Assembly: GCA_033763315.1 (NCBI GenBank)
Contig: JANRKS010000008.1
Span: 96,001-160,000 of the forward strand
Origin: Deltaproteobacteria bacterium
GTDB lineage: Bacteria; Myxococcota_A; Polyangia; Fen-1088
Direction: 5' to 3'
DNA length: 64,000 bases
This document shows positions 39,146 through 49,809 of this stretch, piece by piece. Every line of letters starts with the position of its first letter. Within the stretch, counting starts at the first letter, position 1. A program made the position numbers and the translations under genes. The notes under the pieces were generated by a model. It worked only from the letters and a program-made list of their open reading frames with translations. It was not told the origin of the DNA and ran no database searches.

Positions 39146-39835
39146 GTGAGCCTGCGAATCCTCCTCATCGACGACGACGTGCGATTGTTTGAAGTGCTGG
39201 CCACGTACTTAGGCCCGAACGGGGTGGTGCTTGAACACGCCCCGGACGGGCCGCGCGGCCTGCAAGCGCTCGAACGCGGTGTGTTCGATGGTGTTTTGTT
39301 GGACGTGATGATGCCGGGCATGGATGGGCTGGAGGTGTGCCGCCGCTTGCGCGCCAAAAGCCGCATCCCCGTGATCATGCTTACGGCGAAAGGCGATGAG
39401 GCCGACCGCGTGGTGGGTTTGGAGATCGGTGCGGACGATTATGTAGCGAAGCCGTTTTCGCCGCGCGAACTGCTGGCACGACTGCGGGCGCTGATGCGTC
39501 GATCACAACCCGATGTGCAAGCGGAGCTGCTTGTGCTCGCCGGGCTGCACATTGAGGTGGGCGCACGGGTGGTTCGCAAAGGCGCTGACGTGCTGGATCT
39601 GACGGCGATCGAGTTCGATATTCTGTTGGCACTCGCACGCCGTGCGGGGCGCGTGGTGCCACGCGAGGCCCTGCTCTCCGAGGCGGGCCGCGGTGACATC
39701 GCGGTTAGCGATCGAACCGTTGACGTGCATGTGTCACACCTGCGCCGCAAACTGGGCGACGACCCTCGCACGCCCACACTTATCAAAACGGTGCGTGGCA
39801 TAGGGTATGTGATGGCGAAAGACGGTTCACAGTGA
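39146..39835 (+). CDS. OmpR-family response regulator (CpxR-like)
   Basis: Motifs LLIDDD, LLDVMMPG, GADDYVAKPF, RTVDVHVSHLRRKL and IKTVRGIGY. Confidence 0.95.
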   Translation: MSLRILLIDDDVRLFEVLATYLGPNGVVLEHAPDGPRGLQALERGVFDGVLLDVMMPGMDGLEVCRRLRAKSRIPVIMLTAKGDEADRVVGLEIGADDYVAKPFSPRELLARLRALMRRSQPDVQAELLVLAGLHIEVGARVVRKGADVLDLTAIEFDILLALARRAGRVVPREALLSEAGRGDIAVSDRTVDVHVSHLRRKLGDDPRTPTLIKTVRGIGYVMAKDGSQ

Positions 39836-40902
39836 AACAGCAGCGCGTGCGCGACGAAGATTGTGGCCCGCCGTGGATGAAAAGCATGCCGCCGCGGACC
39901 GCACCGCGCAGCGCTTGGCGTGCGTTTCGCCACGATCTGCGGCTTTATTACGGCGCGCATCTGCATCGCCGTTTGTTCTTGTGGTTTGGCTTCGCCATCT
40001 TTATCACCATCGCCAGCGTCGAGTTTACGGCCCGCTGGCACGATCATTCGTGGGCAAGCCGCCCGCATCCCAAATCGTGGTTCCTGATTATTCCCGCTGT
40101 GATCTTGTGGATGGCGTCGGGCAAAGTGGCCCGCCGTATTTCGCGGCCGCTTTATCAGTTGGTTCAAGTTTCAAAAGACATTGGCAACGGCAATCTGCAA
40201 GCGCGGGCGCGCCTTCACCATGGCGGCTTCGATGAGATCGCCGTGCTGTCCGGATCGATCAACGACATGGCGGCGCGCATTGAAAAGCAGCTTGCCGATC
40301 AACGCGAACTGTTGGCGGGCGTGTCACACGAGCTGCGCACGCCGTTGGCCCGGCTGCGCGTGCTGATGGAAATCGTGCGCGAGCGCGGCTCGGGTGGCGA
40401 CACGATCGATCAAATGGAGCGCGAGGTGGTTGAGATCGATGCCCTGGTGGCCGAGCTGTTGGCCAGCGCGCGTTTAGACTTTCAAACCGTCGACAAACGG
40501 GCGCTGCAAATCGCCGATGTGGCCCAACGCGCGCTTGAGCGTGCCGGCGTGCCGGTGACGTGTCTTCAAGTGCAAAACGAAATAGGCACCTTGCGGGCCG
40601 ACCCCACCCTGCTGGCACGGGCGTTGGCAAATCTGTTGGATAATGCGCTAAAACACGGCAAAGGCGTGGCGCACGTGCGGGTGTTTCAAGAGGGCGCCGA
40701 CGTGGCTTTCGAGGTTCAAGATCACGGCGCCGGGTTTCCAGCCGATGCGCTTAGCGAGGAAGCAAGCCCGCGGCCGTCTCAAGAATCGTTGGGGCTAGGC
40801 TTGGTTCTGGTGCGCCGGATTGCGAAAGCGCACGGCGGCTCGCTGCAGCTCGCGAACAGCGATGGCGGCGGGCGCGCGGTGCTGCGTTTGCCTTTGGCTT
40901 GA
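39832..40902 (+). CDS. HAMP-domain sensor histidine kinase
   Basis: Two TMs with a short loop, HAMP, VSHELRTPL, NLLDNA, DHGAG and GLGL. Confidence 0.92.
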   Translation: MKQQRVRDEDCGPPWMKSMPPRTAPRSAWRAFRHDLRLYYGAHLHRRLFLWFGFAIFITIASVEFTARWHDHSWASRPHPKSWFLIIPAVILWMASGKVARRISRPLYQLVQVSKDIGNGNLQARARLHHGGFDEIAVLSGSINDMAARIEKQLADQRELLAGVSHELRTPLARLRVLMEIVRERGSGGDTIDQMEREVVEIDALVAELLASARLDFQTVDKRALQIADVAQRALERAGVPVTCLQVQNEIGTLRADPTLLARALANLLDNALKHGKGVAHVRVFQEGADVAFEVQDHGAGFPADALSEEASPRPSQESLGLGLVLVRRIAKAHGGSLQLANSDGGGRAVLRLPLA

Positions 40903-40906
40903 AGAT

Positions 40907-42760
40907 CTACGTTGCCCGCAATTCGTCGCGCAGGCCTGACGCGCGCTCTACGTGGCGTTCAACAGCCGCCGTGAACACAACCGCTGAAGCGTAGATATCA
41001 ACCTTCTGTTTGGCGCGCGTGATCGCCGTATAAACCAATTCGCGCGTCAGCACGTGCGAGACTTTTTCTGGCAACAACAGTGCCACATGATCGAATTCGG
41101 AGCCCTGACTCTTGTGCACCGTCATCGCGAACACAGTTTCGTGCGCGGGCAACCGTGCAGGCGCGAAGGTGCGAGTGGTGCCTTCGCCCTGCCCTGCGAG
41201 CTGCGCAAAATGTGCCAAAGGCACGCCTGTGGTGCGATCCAAACAAATGACGCCCACATCGCCGTTGTAAAGCTCAAGCACCGGATCGTTGGCGGTGATC
41301 AAGATTGGCCGCCCATCATACCAAAGCTGATCCGGACGAATCACGTCATGCGCGGCCAACCAATTCTCCACCTGCGGGTTCACCCAATCGGCACCCGTGG
41401 GACCACGCCGGTGCGCACACAGCACCTTGAACCGCGACAACATCACCAAGCGCTCTTGCGGCGACGCTGTGGCAATCGTGGCGAAGGTTAGCATAAGCTG
41501 GTTGCGCAAGGTCTCAGGCAGCGCATTTGCAAGCGGCGGCAACAAGCGCACATCTTGGCTGCTCTCGGCCAATGCCAACGCTCGCGGGGCGTCGCTGGCA
41601 TTCACGGCGCGCGCCACGGCGCCGATGCCGCTGTCCTGCGCGTAACGGCGGCTGAGGGTAAGGCTCATGCAGCCATCCATGAGGCCGGGAGGCAACGCTT
41701 CGTTCACCGACTCTGGTGGCACGTCGATGCCCACTTCACGCAAACGGGACGCCATGGCGGCAGAGATGGCCTTGGCTTCGTCGCCGTAGATGTCCGCCAA
41801 GATTGATCCGGCTTCCACCGAAGCGAGTTGGTCTTTATCGCCAAGCAAGATCAAACGCGCTTGCGCCGGCACCGCCGCCAGCAATTTTGACATCAGCGCT
41901 AGATCGACCATCGAAGCCTCATCCACCAACACCACGTCGGCAGGCATCGGGTTGCTTTCGTTGTGGCGAAAACGGGTGGGCGTTTGCGGCAAGTAGCCGA
42001 GCGCCCGGTGGATCGTTGACGTGGGGGTAAGCACAGCGTCGCGCACAGCCGGCGTCACATCCAAAGCCGCCACGGCCCCGGCCATCGATTCAGCCAAACG
42101 CTGTGCGGCCTTGCCCGTGGGTGCCAAGGCTTTCACGCGAAAGGGCGTGCCTTGCGTCGCCAGCGCCTGCTCCTGCAGCAGCGCCAAGATGCGTGCGACC
42201 GTGAATGTTTTGCCGGTGCCCGGCCCGCCCGAAATGACACTGAAGCGACGCAAGACCGCGACGGCGGCGGCGTGCTTCTGTTCGTTCGCGTTTGCGGAAA
42301 ACAAACGCTGCAAACCATCGGATAAAAGTGCGGTGTCTACGCTTTCGAAGGCAGCGGCACGCCCCCGCAAGGCCAACGCCAAGCGGTGCTGGTAGCGCGC
42401 GTATCGGTACAAATAGAGCCTGCCGTGTGCGTCCAAGATCAGAGGACGCGGTTGCGCTTCATCAATGGCCGTTGCCACCAAGGCGCTGCTCTGCAAAGCC
42501 TGCTGCCACGCATCGAACGTCGGCAACACGGGCCCGGCGGCTTCTTCATCTTCCGGCGGCGATAGCGCCGCGCCGGCAACGCGATGAAGGTCCACGCACA
42601 CGTGGCCTTGTTGCACCGCCCGGCTGGCCAACGCCGCCGACAACGCCACGAGTGAACTTGTGCCTGGCACCAATCGCTGCAGCGCGAGCGCCAGCTGCAT
42701 ATCGATGGCGCCTAACACCTGCGACTGCAACAGCGCCGGCAAATCATACTCTTGCGTCAC
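40907..42760 (-). CDS. recD: Exodeoxyribonuclease V alpha subunit
   Basis: Motifs ISGGPGTGKT, APTGKAA, VDEASMVD, LGDKDQLASV and AMTVHKSQGSEF. Confidence 0.95.
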   Translation of the reverse strand: MTQEYDLPALLQSQVLGAIDMQLALALQRLVPGTSSLVALSAALASRAVQQGHVCVDLHRVAGAALSPPEDEEAAGPVLPTFDAWQQALQSSALVATAIDEAQPRPLILDAHGRLYLYRYARYQHRLALALRGRAAAFESVDTALLSDGLQRLFSANANEQKHAAAVAVLRRFSVISGGPGTGKTFTVARILALLQEQALATQGTPFRVKALAPTGKAAQRLAESMAGAVAALDVTPAVRDAVLTPTSTIHRALGYLPQTPTRFRHNESNPMPADVVLVDEASMVDLALMSKLLAAVPAQARLILLGDKDQLASVEAGSILADIYGDEAKAISAAMASRLREVGIDVPPESVNEALPPGLMDGCMSLTLSRRYAQDSGIGAVARAVNASDAPRALALAESSQDVRLLPPLANALPETLRNQLMLTFATIATASPQERLVMLSRFKVLCAHRRGPTGADWVNPQVENWLAAHDVIRPDQLWYDGRPILITANDPVLELYNGDVGVICLDRTTGVPLAHFAQLAGQGEGTTRTFAPARLPAHETVFAMTVHKSQGSEFDHVALLLPEKVSHVLTRELVYTAITRAKQKVDIYASAVVFTAAVERHVERASGLRDELRAT

Positions 42761-45700
42761 GCGTGCACCTGCCCTGGCGGAAAGATGGCATCAAGGGCGG
42801 CCAACCGTGCTTCGCTTGGCCGCTGAAAATACACCCCGGACATCGGCCGTTGAGGGCCGCCCATGCCACGCAAAAACACATAGAAAACCCCGCCAAAGTG
42901 CGTGCGGCTGTCATAGCCGGGCAGCGTGCGGGCCAAATGGCGTGCCACCGCCAAAGCGTACAGATGCGATTGCAAGTGATAGTGGCCATCGACCATGGCC
43001 GTCTCAAGACGATCAGGCGCATAGTCGGCCCACGCGCGGCCAAGGTGGTTGGTTTTGTAATCCAGCACAAAAAAGCGCCCCGCGTGCTCGAATACAAGAT
43101 CGACGAAGCCTTTGACGAAACCCGTAAGCGCCCCCAGATGCAATTTGCTCACCTCGCGCGCGTAGCGCTCTTCGGCGGGCGTGGCGGCATCCACCGCGAA
43201 GGCGTGCGCGAGCTGCACCTGCAGCGGCGTCTCGTTGCTGACGTTGCCCAGGGGCAAAGCAAATTCAAGTTCAGCGATCCGCTTTTGCGGCGGCAGATCG
43301 GCCAAACAGAAAGCGCCGCGGCCATCATCAAGCGGGGTGCGGACGATGCTGCTGAGCACCTGCGGCAGCACATCCGACCATGGCGTTTCATCGTAGCGGT
43401 AAAGCTGTAGTTGCGCGCGCACGGCCGGAACCAAGGCTTGGGCCGATGCCGCGAAATCCATCGTTTCCAACAATTCGTGGAAAAAGTTACCTGCCTTGGC
43501 GCCGCGCGGGAAGGCACCGAGCGGCACTTGCGACCCTCGCTCGGGCAACGCTTGGATCAGGGAAAGTTCATCATGATCACGTGCCACGGCGAGTGAAGCG
43601 GTGGCGTGATCGGCCGCCGCTGTCATGCCTGAGAAGCTGGTGGTGCGCTGCCACACAGTCACGCGTGTGGCCGGCTCACGTGCAGGCAAGAGCGGCGCCA
43701 GCGGTGTGCGGCTCACATAGGGAACGCCACGATCTTGCAGATTCGCGCGGCGCACAGAAACGGCCCCCTCACAACGCGCGCTCCACAGCTCAAGCGGCGC
43801 CCGCAACTCTGGTTCCGTCAAGCGCCCTAAGCTGCCGAAGATGTCATCGCCCACGGCGCGCGTGCCCAACGGATACAACAGCGACGCCAATGACGTCTCC
43901 TTAAACTCGCGCGATGAGTAGCCCCACAGCAACACGCAGCGGTGTTTGGCGCGCGTGAGTGCCACATACAGCAAGCGCACGTTCTCGGCCAGCGTCTCCA
44001 GCCGGGCCATCGCCACATGCTCCCCCATGGCGGCCGAACCCACATCCAAAGTCACGCTGCCATCGGCTTCGTGAAAACGCACAGCCTTTTGGTCCGCGGA
44101 GAACATCAAGATCTCATTCGCCACATACGGGCAAAACACGATCGGATATTCAAGCCCCTTTGAACGATGAACCGTGGTTAGCTTGACGGCGGCTTCATCG
44201 CTTTCAAGCCGGATCTGCGCCTCTTCGGGGGCCACACCCCCTTCGGCGTTTGACGGCGCCTGCCCCAACCAGTGCACAACGCCGGCAGGCCCCAGATGCC
44301 CCTGCCGCGCCGCCCGATGGACAAGCTCCATCAAGTGCAGGAGGTTCGTCACCCGTCGCTCGCCATCGGTCAACCCCAACAGGCGCGGTTGCACCTGCTC
44401 GTGTTCCAAGAAGCGCCTGAACATCTGCACGAAGCCACGGCTGATCCACAGCTCGTGCCAGCTGCGAAAAACCTCGGACCACAGCGACCAGCCAGAGGCG
44501 TCGCTTTCAAGCGCCACCAATTCATGTGCGGACAACCCGAGCAACCGCGTGGCCAAGGCGTTGCGCAACAGCGCGGCATTGGTAGGTTCAGCCACGGCCG
44601 CCAACACCACCAGCAGCTCTTTGGCCTCGTCGGAGTCGAGCACGCTCTTATCGCCCAATAGCACGGCCGGGATCTGCAAGGCACGCAAGGCCTCTTGCAC
44701 ATCAACCGCTTGCTGGTTCGTGCGCGTAAGAACGGCGATGTCTGCCGGCACCACGCTTCGACCAGCGATCGTGGTGGGCCCGGCCAACAAACGTGAGATG
44801 TCCGCCGCGACGAGCGCCGCCATATGGTTGCGCGGATCCACAGCGCCACCCTCGTCATCGCACGTGAGCACCACCTCTATCGGCGTTGTTGCCACGCCAC
44901 TTTGGGTCGCAAACACATCTTGCACGTCGGGACGCGGTGCCACCGGGCGAAAGTCGATGCCTTCCAAGACGAATGGCCGAGGCAGCATCTCGCGAGGCGC
45001 AAACAGCGAGTTTACCGCAGCGATCAAGCCAGCGTCAGAGCGCCAATTGACCCCCATAGAGTGATGTTGAGTGCCGGGCGCCTGCACCGCCGCGATGTAC
45101 GCGTTCACATCAGCCCCGCGAAAACCGTAGATGGCTTGCTTCGGATCGCCGATCAAAAACAAAGGCCCTTCGCCACCGTGAAACAACGATTCGAAGATCT
45201 CGAATTGGACAGGATCGGTGTCCTGAAATTCGTCGATCAAGGCCGCCTTGAACCGCTTGCGTACAGCGTTGACAAGATGCCTCGCCGCGGGCCCGCGCAA
45301 CGCGTGGCGAAGGTGCAATAACAGGTCGTCGAACGTGATGGCGCCCAGGCTTTGTTTTCGCGCCTTCAATTCGTCGCGAAGAAACGTGGTGAATCGATGT
45401 TTCGCGGAAACCAATGCCGCAGGGCCCGCCTTCCCGCTAAGCAGTTGCGCCACATCTTCGAGCACATCGAAAACAGGGTGAACCGGCGCCCCCGACCCGC
45501 GCGCGACGATGCCGCTGCGTGAAAGCTGCTTTACGCCCGCTGGAGCCTCCGCTGGCGCCGCCACATCTCGAACCAGCTCATCAATTTGGTTGCACCAATT
45601 GGTCACGTGGTTCGCTGTGGGAGCCTTGTAGCCGGCCGCTTTTGTGCAGATCAAGCGCTCCACCACAGGCCGGTTCCACACTTCACCTAAGCGCCCGCGC

Positions 45701-46353
45701 AGCAACGCCCACGTCTTTTCGCGCTCGAGCGGGTCGGCTGGCACAACCTTCGCATCGGGGTTGCGCAACAGCTTATCGGCCAACCCTTGCCACAAGCGGC
45801 GTGTGTCACGCTCGGCCCCTAAGATCGCACGGACATCGGCCACGCTCTGGGTGGCCAGATCTTTTGAATGAAAATCGTCGACCGCTTCATCCCGCAAAGG
45901 GCGCGCGTCAGCGATGAGTTCCGCTTCAAAAGGAACGCCGCTTTCCAAAGCGGCCTCCTGCAACACCCGGTGGCAAAACCCGTGAATGGTGGAGATGGGA
46001 GCCTCGTCCACTTCCTCTAAGGCGAGCGCCAACCATTGTCGGTCAACCGCCGCAGTCGCGCGCCGTTGCTGGGCGTACGCGCCCAGATCAGTGGAAGGAG
46101 GGGCCGCCTGAGAGGCCACAAGCTCAAAGGCTTCAAAAGCCTGCCGCAACCGCCGGCGTACGCGATCGCGCAGCTCCGCTGTGGCCGCTTCGGTGAATGT
46201 CACCACCAAGATGTCTTTGATGCGCAGGCGGCGCTCGACCACAAGGCGTGTCACCAGCGAAGTGATGGCGTACGTTTTTCCCGTGCCTGCGCTCGCGTCC
46301 ACGACGTTGCGCCCCTGCAAAGCCACGGCAAAAGCATCGAAGTTGGGGCTCAC
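42757..46353 (-). CDS. recB: Exodeoxyribonuclease V beta subunit
   Basis: Motifs ASAGTGKT, IDEFQDTD, IGDPKQAIYGFRGAD, SKGLEY, LLYVALTRA and the nuclease motif GFVDLVF...LDYKTN. Confidence 0.95.
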   Translation of the reverse strand: MSPNFDAFAVALQGRNVVDASAGTGKTYAITSLVTRLVVERRLRIKDILVVTFTEAATAELRDRVRRRLRQAFEAFELVASQAAPPSTDLGAYAQQRRATAAVDRQWLALALEEVDEAPISTIHGFCHRVLQEAALESGVPFEAELIADARPLRDEAVDDFHSKDLATQSVADVRAILGAERDTRRLWQGLADKLLRNPDAKVVPADPLEREKTWALLRGRLGEVWNRPVVERLICTKAAGYKAPTANHVTNWCNQIDELVRDVAAPAEAPAGVKQLSRSGIVARGSGAPVHPVFDVLEDVAQLLSGKAGPAALVSAKHRFTTFLRDELKARKQSLGAITFDDLLLHLRHALRGPAARHLVNAVRKRFKAALIDEFQDTDPVQFEIFESLFHGGEGPLFLIGDPKQAIYGFRGADVNAYIAAVQAPGTQHHSMGVNWRSDAGLIAAVNSLFAPREMLPRPFVLEGIDFRPVAPRPDVQDVFATQSGVATTPIEVVLTCDDEGGAVDPRNHMAALVAADISRLLAGPTTIAGRSVVPADIAVLTRTNQQAVDVQEALRALQIPAVLLGDKSVLDSDEAKELLVVLAAVAEPTNAALLRNALATRLLGLSAHELVALESDASGWSLWSEVFRSWHELWISRGFVQMFRRFLEHEQVQPRLLGLTDGERRVTNLLHLMELVHRAARQGHLGPAGVVHWLGQAPSNAEGGVAPEEAQIRLESDEAAVKLTTVHRSKGLEYPIVFCPYVANEILMFSADQKAVRFHEADGSVTLDVGSAAMGEHVAMARLETLAENVRLLYVALTRAKHRCVLLWGYSSREFKETSLASLLYPLGTRAVGDDIFGSLGRLTEPELRAPLELWSARCEGAVSVRRANLQDRGVPYVSRTPLAPLLPAREPATRVTVWQRTTSFSGMTAAADHATASLAVARDHDELSLIQALPERGSQVPLGAFPRGAKAGNFFHELLETMDFAASAQALVPAVRAQLQLYRYDETPWSDVLPQVLSSIVRTPLDDGRGAFCLADLPPQKRIAELEFALPLGNVSNETPLQVQLAHAFAVDAATPAEERYAREVSKLHLGALTGFVKGFVDLVFEHAGRFFVLDYKTNHLGRAWADYAPDRLETAMVDGHYHLQSHLYALAVARHLARTLPGYDSRTHFGGVFYVFLRGMGGPQRPMSGVYFQRPSEARLAALDAIFPPGQVHA

Positions 46354-49300
46354 GACCGCGGCCCTTCCTCAAGCGTTCGGTGCGCCAACAAAGGGCCCAC
46401 CACCCGTTCGGCCAGCTCTTCGAATGCAGGCCCGCGTGAGTGCAATGCCGCAAACGGCGGCGCATCGTCACCCAAGGCGCGCGTCCAATGAAACAAAAAC
46501 TTGCTTGCGTCCCTATACGCATTCACGGCGCGTTCCATCGCGGGCCGTTTGGCGTTCTTGCCAGGATCAACGAACGCAAACGCCGCGTCGGCCTGAAAGC
46601 GCAGTGGCGCTTGCTGGCCTTGCAAGAACAACGTGACCAGCTCTTGCAGCAACGGTTGTGGTTGCTCTACCCGGCGAAAGCGCAAAAGCATAGGGATCTC
46701 GAGATCGGGGGCGGGTCCGATCAGCATCGTCACGGGAGGAACATCGGCCGGGGCCAGCCAACACAACATTAAATGGCTGACCCACGCTCGCAGCTGGCGC
46801 CCCGGCTTCAAGCGTCCGAACTGCAGCGACACCGCGCCTGAGCTGTACAGCCCATCCAGCGTGCCCACCAAGTGAACCCCGGATGAAAGCTTTTTGTCGA
46901 AAGGCACGGGCGGCGAAGGCACGGCCATCAGGCCGGTTGCCACCGCGGCGATGCCACTGGCCTGTTGCGAAACTTCTTCTAAGAACACCTGCCCCAGCGA
47001 ACCAAATGGCAAAAGGCCTGTGGCGCGCGAAACGGCAAACACCTGCTCTTGCAGCGCCTGCCCCGCGCCCCGTAAGCCCGCCAGCACACGCGAGCCCACG
47101 TCGTGACGTTGCAGACCACTTAATTGCGTGGGTTCGCGGCTCGGCAAATCGTGCCCCACCTCTGGAAAATCAACGCGCACCCGCCGCTGCAAAAAGAACC
47201 GCAACGGATCGTTGAAGAAGCGCTGCAGATCGGAGAATGCCACTTGCGCCTCCTGCATCGGCGGCAGGGCCTGCGTCACGAAAGGCGGCGGCTCAACCAA
47301 CGAACGCCCCAAACGGCTGGCGGCTTGGTGGAATTGGCCCGCATAACTCCACAAGCGTGCGTCTTGACCGGTGAAATAGCGACGCGAAAAGCCTTGCAAC
47401 GGGTGGCGCACGACCAGCGCCTGTTCCAGCCGATCGCGCGTCACTTCGGGCGTCACCAAAGCGTCAAGCAACTCGCTTAACAACACCGAAGGTGGCCGGA
47501 CGGCGTTGTCGCGCACACTTTGGCCCGTGTATGTGATGAGCAGCTGCTCACGGGCGGCACACAACGTTTCTAAGAACAGATAACGGTCGTCAAGCCGTCG
47601 ATCACGGTCGCCTGGCTGCGGCCCCTGCGGCCCCCGCACCACCAGATCGAAATCCGTGGTCCGCGTGGCGCGCGGGAACGCGCCGTCGTTGAGGCCAAGA
47701 ATGCACACCACACGAAACGGAATCGAACGCATCGGCACCATCGCGCAAAACGTGACGCCGCCGGCAAGAAAACCACGTTCAGGCAACGCCGCATCAACGC
47801 GCTCTTGCAGCCAAGCACGCATCACACCCAGATCCACGTCACCCGTAAAGCCCGCCGATTCAGCTTCACTTTGTAAGGCGCCGAGCGCTTGCCGGATGTG
47901 CTGATGCTGCCAATCCGAAGCTTCGTCGTTGCCAACCAGGTCGCTTAGAAGCACTAAGAATGCTTCGCGCCACGCAGGCACGGTGCGAGGCGCTTGCAGG
48001 GTCTTGATGTGACCGAATAAAGTCTGCAAAAAGCCCACCACCACACCCAGATCCGCCGCTTGCTTGCCTTCAATTTCGTCGTACGGCAAAACGCCGGCAA
48101 ACAGCGCTTGGCCGGCCGTGGGCAGCGCGTACCCCAACAACAGACGATCAAGACCGAACTCCCAGGTATTCTGGTTGTTGGCGGGTTGTCCGTGTTGTTG
48201 TCTGTGATCCGCGTCTAAGCCCCAACGCACGCCCGCGCCCATCAACCATTCCGTGAGCAGATCCAGATCGGCGCCTTGTAGGCCCAAGCGCGATTCGATG
48301 GCCGAGGCGGTGATAAGATCCAACACCGCCGGCGCGCTCATGCGCGAGCCGACCAAATCAAGCGCACGAAAGAACGCATCCACCACGGGGCTATCAGCGC
48401 GCAGTTTGCGATCAGCGATGCGGAAAGGAATGTGCGTGGTCGCGGTGGGATCTTCACCGAACACAGCCTCAACAAAGGGCGCGTACGTCTCCACGTCCGT
48501 CATCATCACCACAACTTCGTGCGGCGCGACGGGATCTTGGGCGCGCGTCATCAGCGCGAGCAGTTGATCGCGGCACACCTGAACTTCGCGCATGGGGCTG
48601 TGGCAAGCGTGAATGCTAATGCTGCCGTCAAGCGCGGGGCCGGCGGGTGGCGCGGCGACAGGCGCCGCCGAAAGAAATGGCAGCGCCATTTGCGCCGTGG
48701 TGCGCGCGGGTTTGCCCTTGCTAGGGATGGGCGACGCCTCCACCGGTGCGGTAGGCGCGGCGTGCAAGTCAAACATCCGCGCTTGCAGCCGGCTCAACAA
48801 CGTGCGCCCGTCGGGCCTCTGATACCGCTCATCCATGGCTTCGCCCAACGTCAAACGTTCGACGGTGTCGCCCAACACACGACGAAAGTCAGCGCCAACA
48901 GTACCGCAAGATGAAACAAGCGGGTGCCCCGGATCCAAATACAAGGCTTGCGGATCTTGGCCGGAGGCCACGGCGCGCGCCCATTCGGTGCGGCTGGTGC
49001 TGTTCCACCAGTCTTTGTCAGAGGGCGAGAACACAAAAATATGCGTTTGCACCCAGCGGCTCGCCGCCAACAACACGCGCACATACGCAGGCGGCAGGCT
49101 GGAGATGCCGAACACGCACACGCGTTCGGGCAAACCGGCGGGCCGGTGCTGTTGCTCTTGCGCCTTGGCGTGCCACAGCTGCTGAACGGCTGCGAAATGT
49201 TGAGCGCCAAACTTGGGTTCGATGCGCCGCCATAGAGCGGCTTGCCACTGTTGCCCCTCATCAATGCCGCCCGTGTCGCCTTGCGACCAAGCCTGCACCA

Positions 49301-49745
49301 ACTCGGGCCGATACGTGATGTAACGATCAAACAGCGTGCCCAAACGACGCGCCAGCTGAAAGCGTTTGGTGCCTCGCTCGTCCTGCTTGAGGTAAGCGCC
49401 GAGGCGCGCAAACGCCGGGTCGTGCAAGCAACTCTCAAATTCCGCGAGCACAAGCCAAGTCAACTGATCTTCGGAAACTTGTGCCGCGGCGGCCGCTTGC
49501 TGTCCCAGCAGCGCTTCCACGCAGCGCTCGGTGTACTTGCGCGGAAAGCTGAAATCGCCGTGGGCAAAGACACCAAAGGCCCCCGCCAAACGCTGCGTCA
49601 GATAAGCAGCCATCCCCCGCCCCTGAACCACGATCGTCTCGCGTGCAAAGGGGCCGCCTTGTTGCGTCGCCACCACTTGCACCAGCGCGTCCACCAACGC
49701 TTCGGTGCGATTGCTATAGTGGGTGTAGATCGGCTCTGGGGTCAC
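46350..49745 (-). CDS. recC: Exodeoxyribonuclease V gamma subunit
   Basis: Motifs SNRTEAL, LFDRYITYRP, HACHSPMREV, GVRWG, PMRSIPFRVVCILGLNDG and DDRYLFLE. Confidence 0.95.
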   Translation of the reverse strand: MTPEPIYTHYSNRTEALVDALVQVVATQQGGPFARETIVVQGRGMAAYLTQRLAGAFGVFAHGDFSFPRKYTERCVEALLGQQAAAAAQVSEDQLTWLVLAEFESCLHDPAFARLGAYLKQDERGTKRFQLARRLGTLFDRYITYRPELVQAWSQGDTGGIDEGQQWQAALWRRIEPKFGAQHFAAVQQLWHAKAQEQQHRPAGLPERVCVFGISSLPPAYVRVLLAASRWVQTHIFVFSPSDKDWWNSTSRTEWARAVASGQDPQALYLDPGHPLVSSCGTVGADFRRVLGDTVERLTLGEAMDERYQRPDGRTLLSRLQARMFDLHAAPTAPVEASPIPSKGKPARTTAQMALPFLSAAPVAAPPAGPALDGSISIHACHSPMREVQVCRDQLLALMTRAQDPVAPHEVVVMMTDVETYAPFVEAVFGEDPTATTHIPFRIADRKLRADSPVVDAFFRALDLVGSRMSAPAVLDLITASAIESRLGLQGADLDLLTEWLMGAGVRWGLDADHRQQHGQPANNQNTWEFGLDRLLLGYALPTAGQALFAGVLPYDEIEGKQAADLGVVVGFLQTLFGHIKTLQAPRTVPAWREAFLVLLSDLVGNDEASDWQHQHIRQALGALQSEAESAGFTGDVDLGVMRAWLQERVDAALPERGFLAGGVTFCAMVPMRSIPFRVVCILGLNDGAFPRATRTTDFDLVVRGPQGPQPGDRDRRLDDRYLFLETLCAAREQLLITYTGQSVRDNAVRPPSVLLSELLDALVTPEVTRDRLEQALVVRHPLQGFSRRYFTGQDARLWSYAGQFHQAASRLGRSLVEPPPFVTQALPPMQEAQVAFSDLQRFFNDPLRFFLQRRVRVDFPEVGHDLPSREPTQLSGLQRHDVGSRVLAGLRGAGQALQEQVFAVSRATGLLPFGSLGQVFLEEVSQQASGIAAVATGLMAVPSPPVPFDKKLSSGVHLVGTLDGLYSSGAVSLQFGRLKPGRQLRAWVSHLMLCWLAPADVPPVTMLIGPAPDLEIPMLLRFRRVEQPQPLLQELVTLFLQGQQAPLRFQADAAFAFVDPGKNAKRPAMERAVNAYRDASKFLFHWTRALGDDAPPFAALHSRGPAFEELAERVVGPLLAHRTLEEGPRS

Positions 49746-49809
49746 GAACGAGCGATTATGACGGGTATCGAATCAGCGTAAAGCCCCCCGGGGATATCTG
49801 CAGTTCGTG

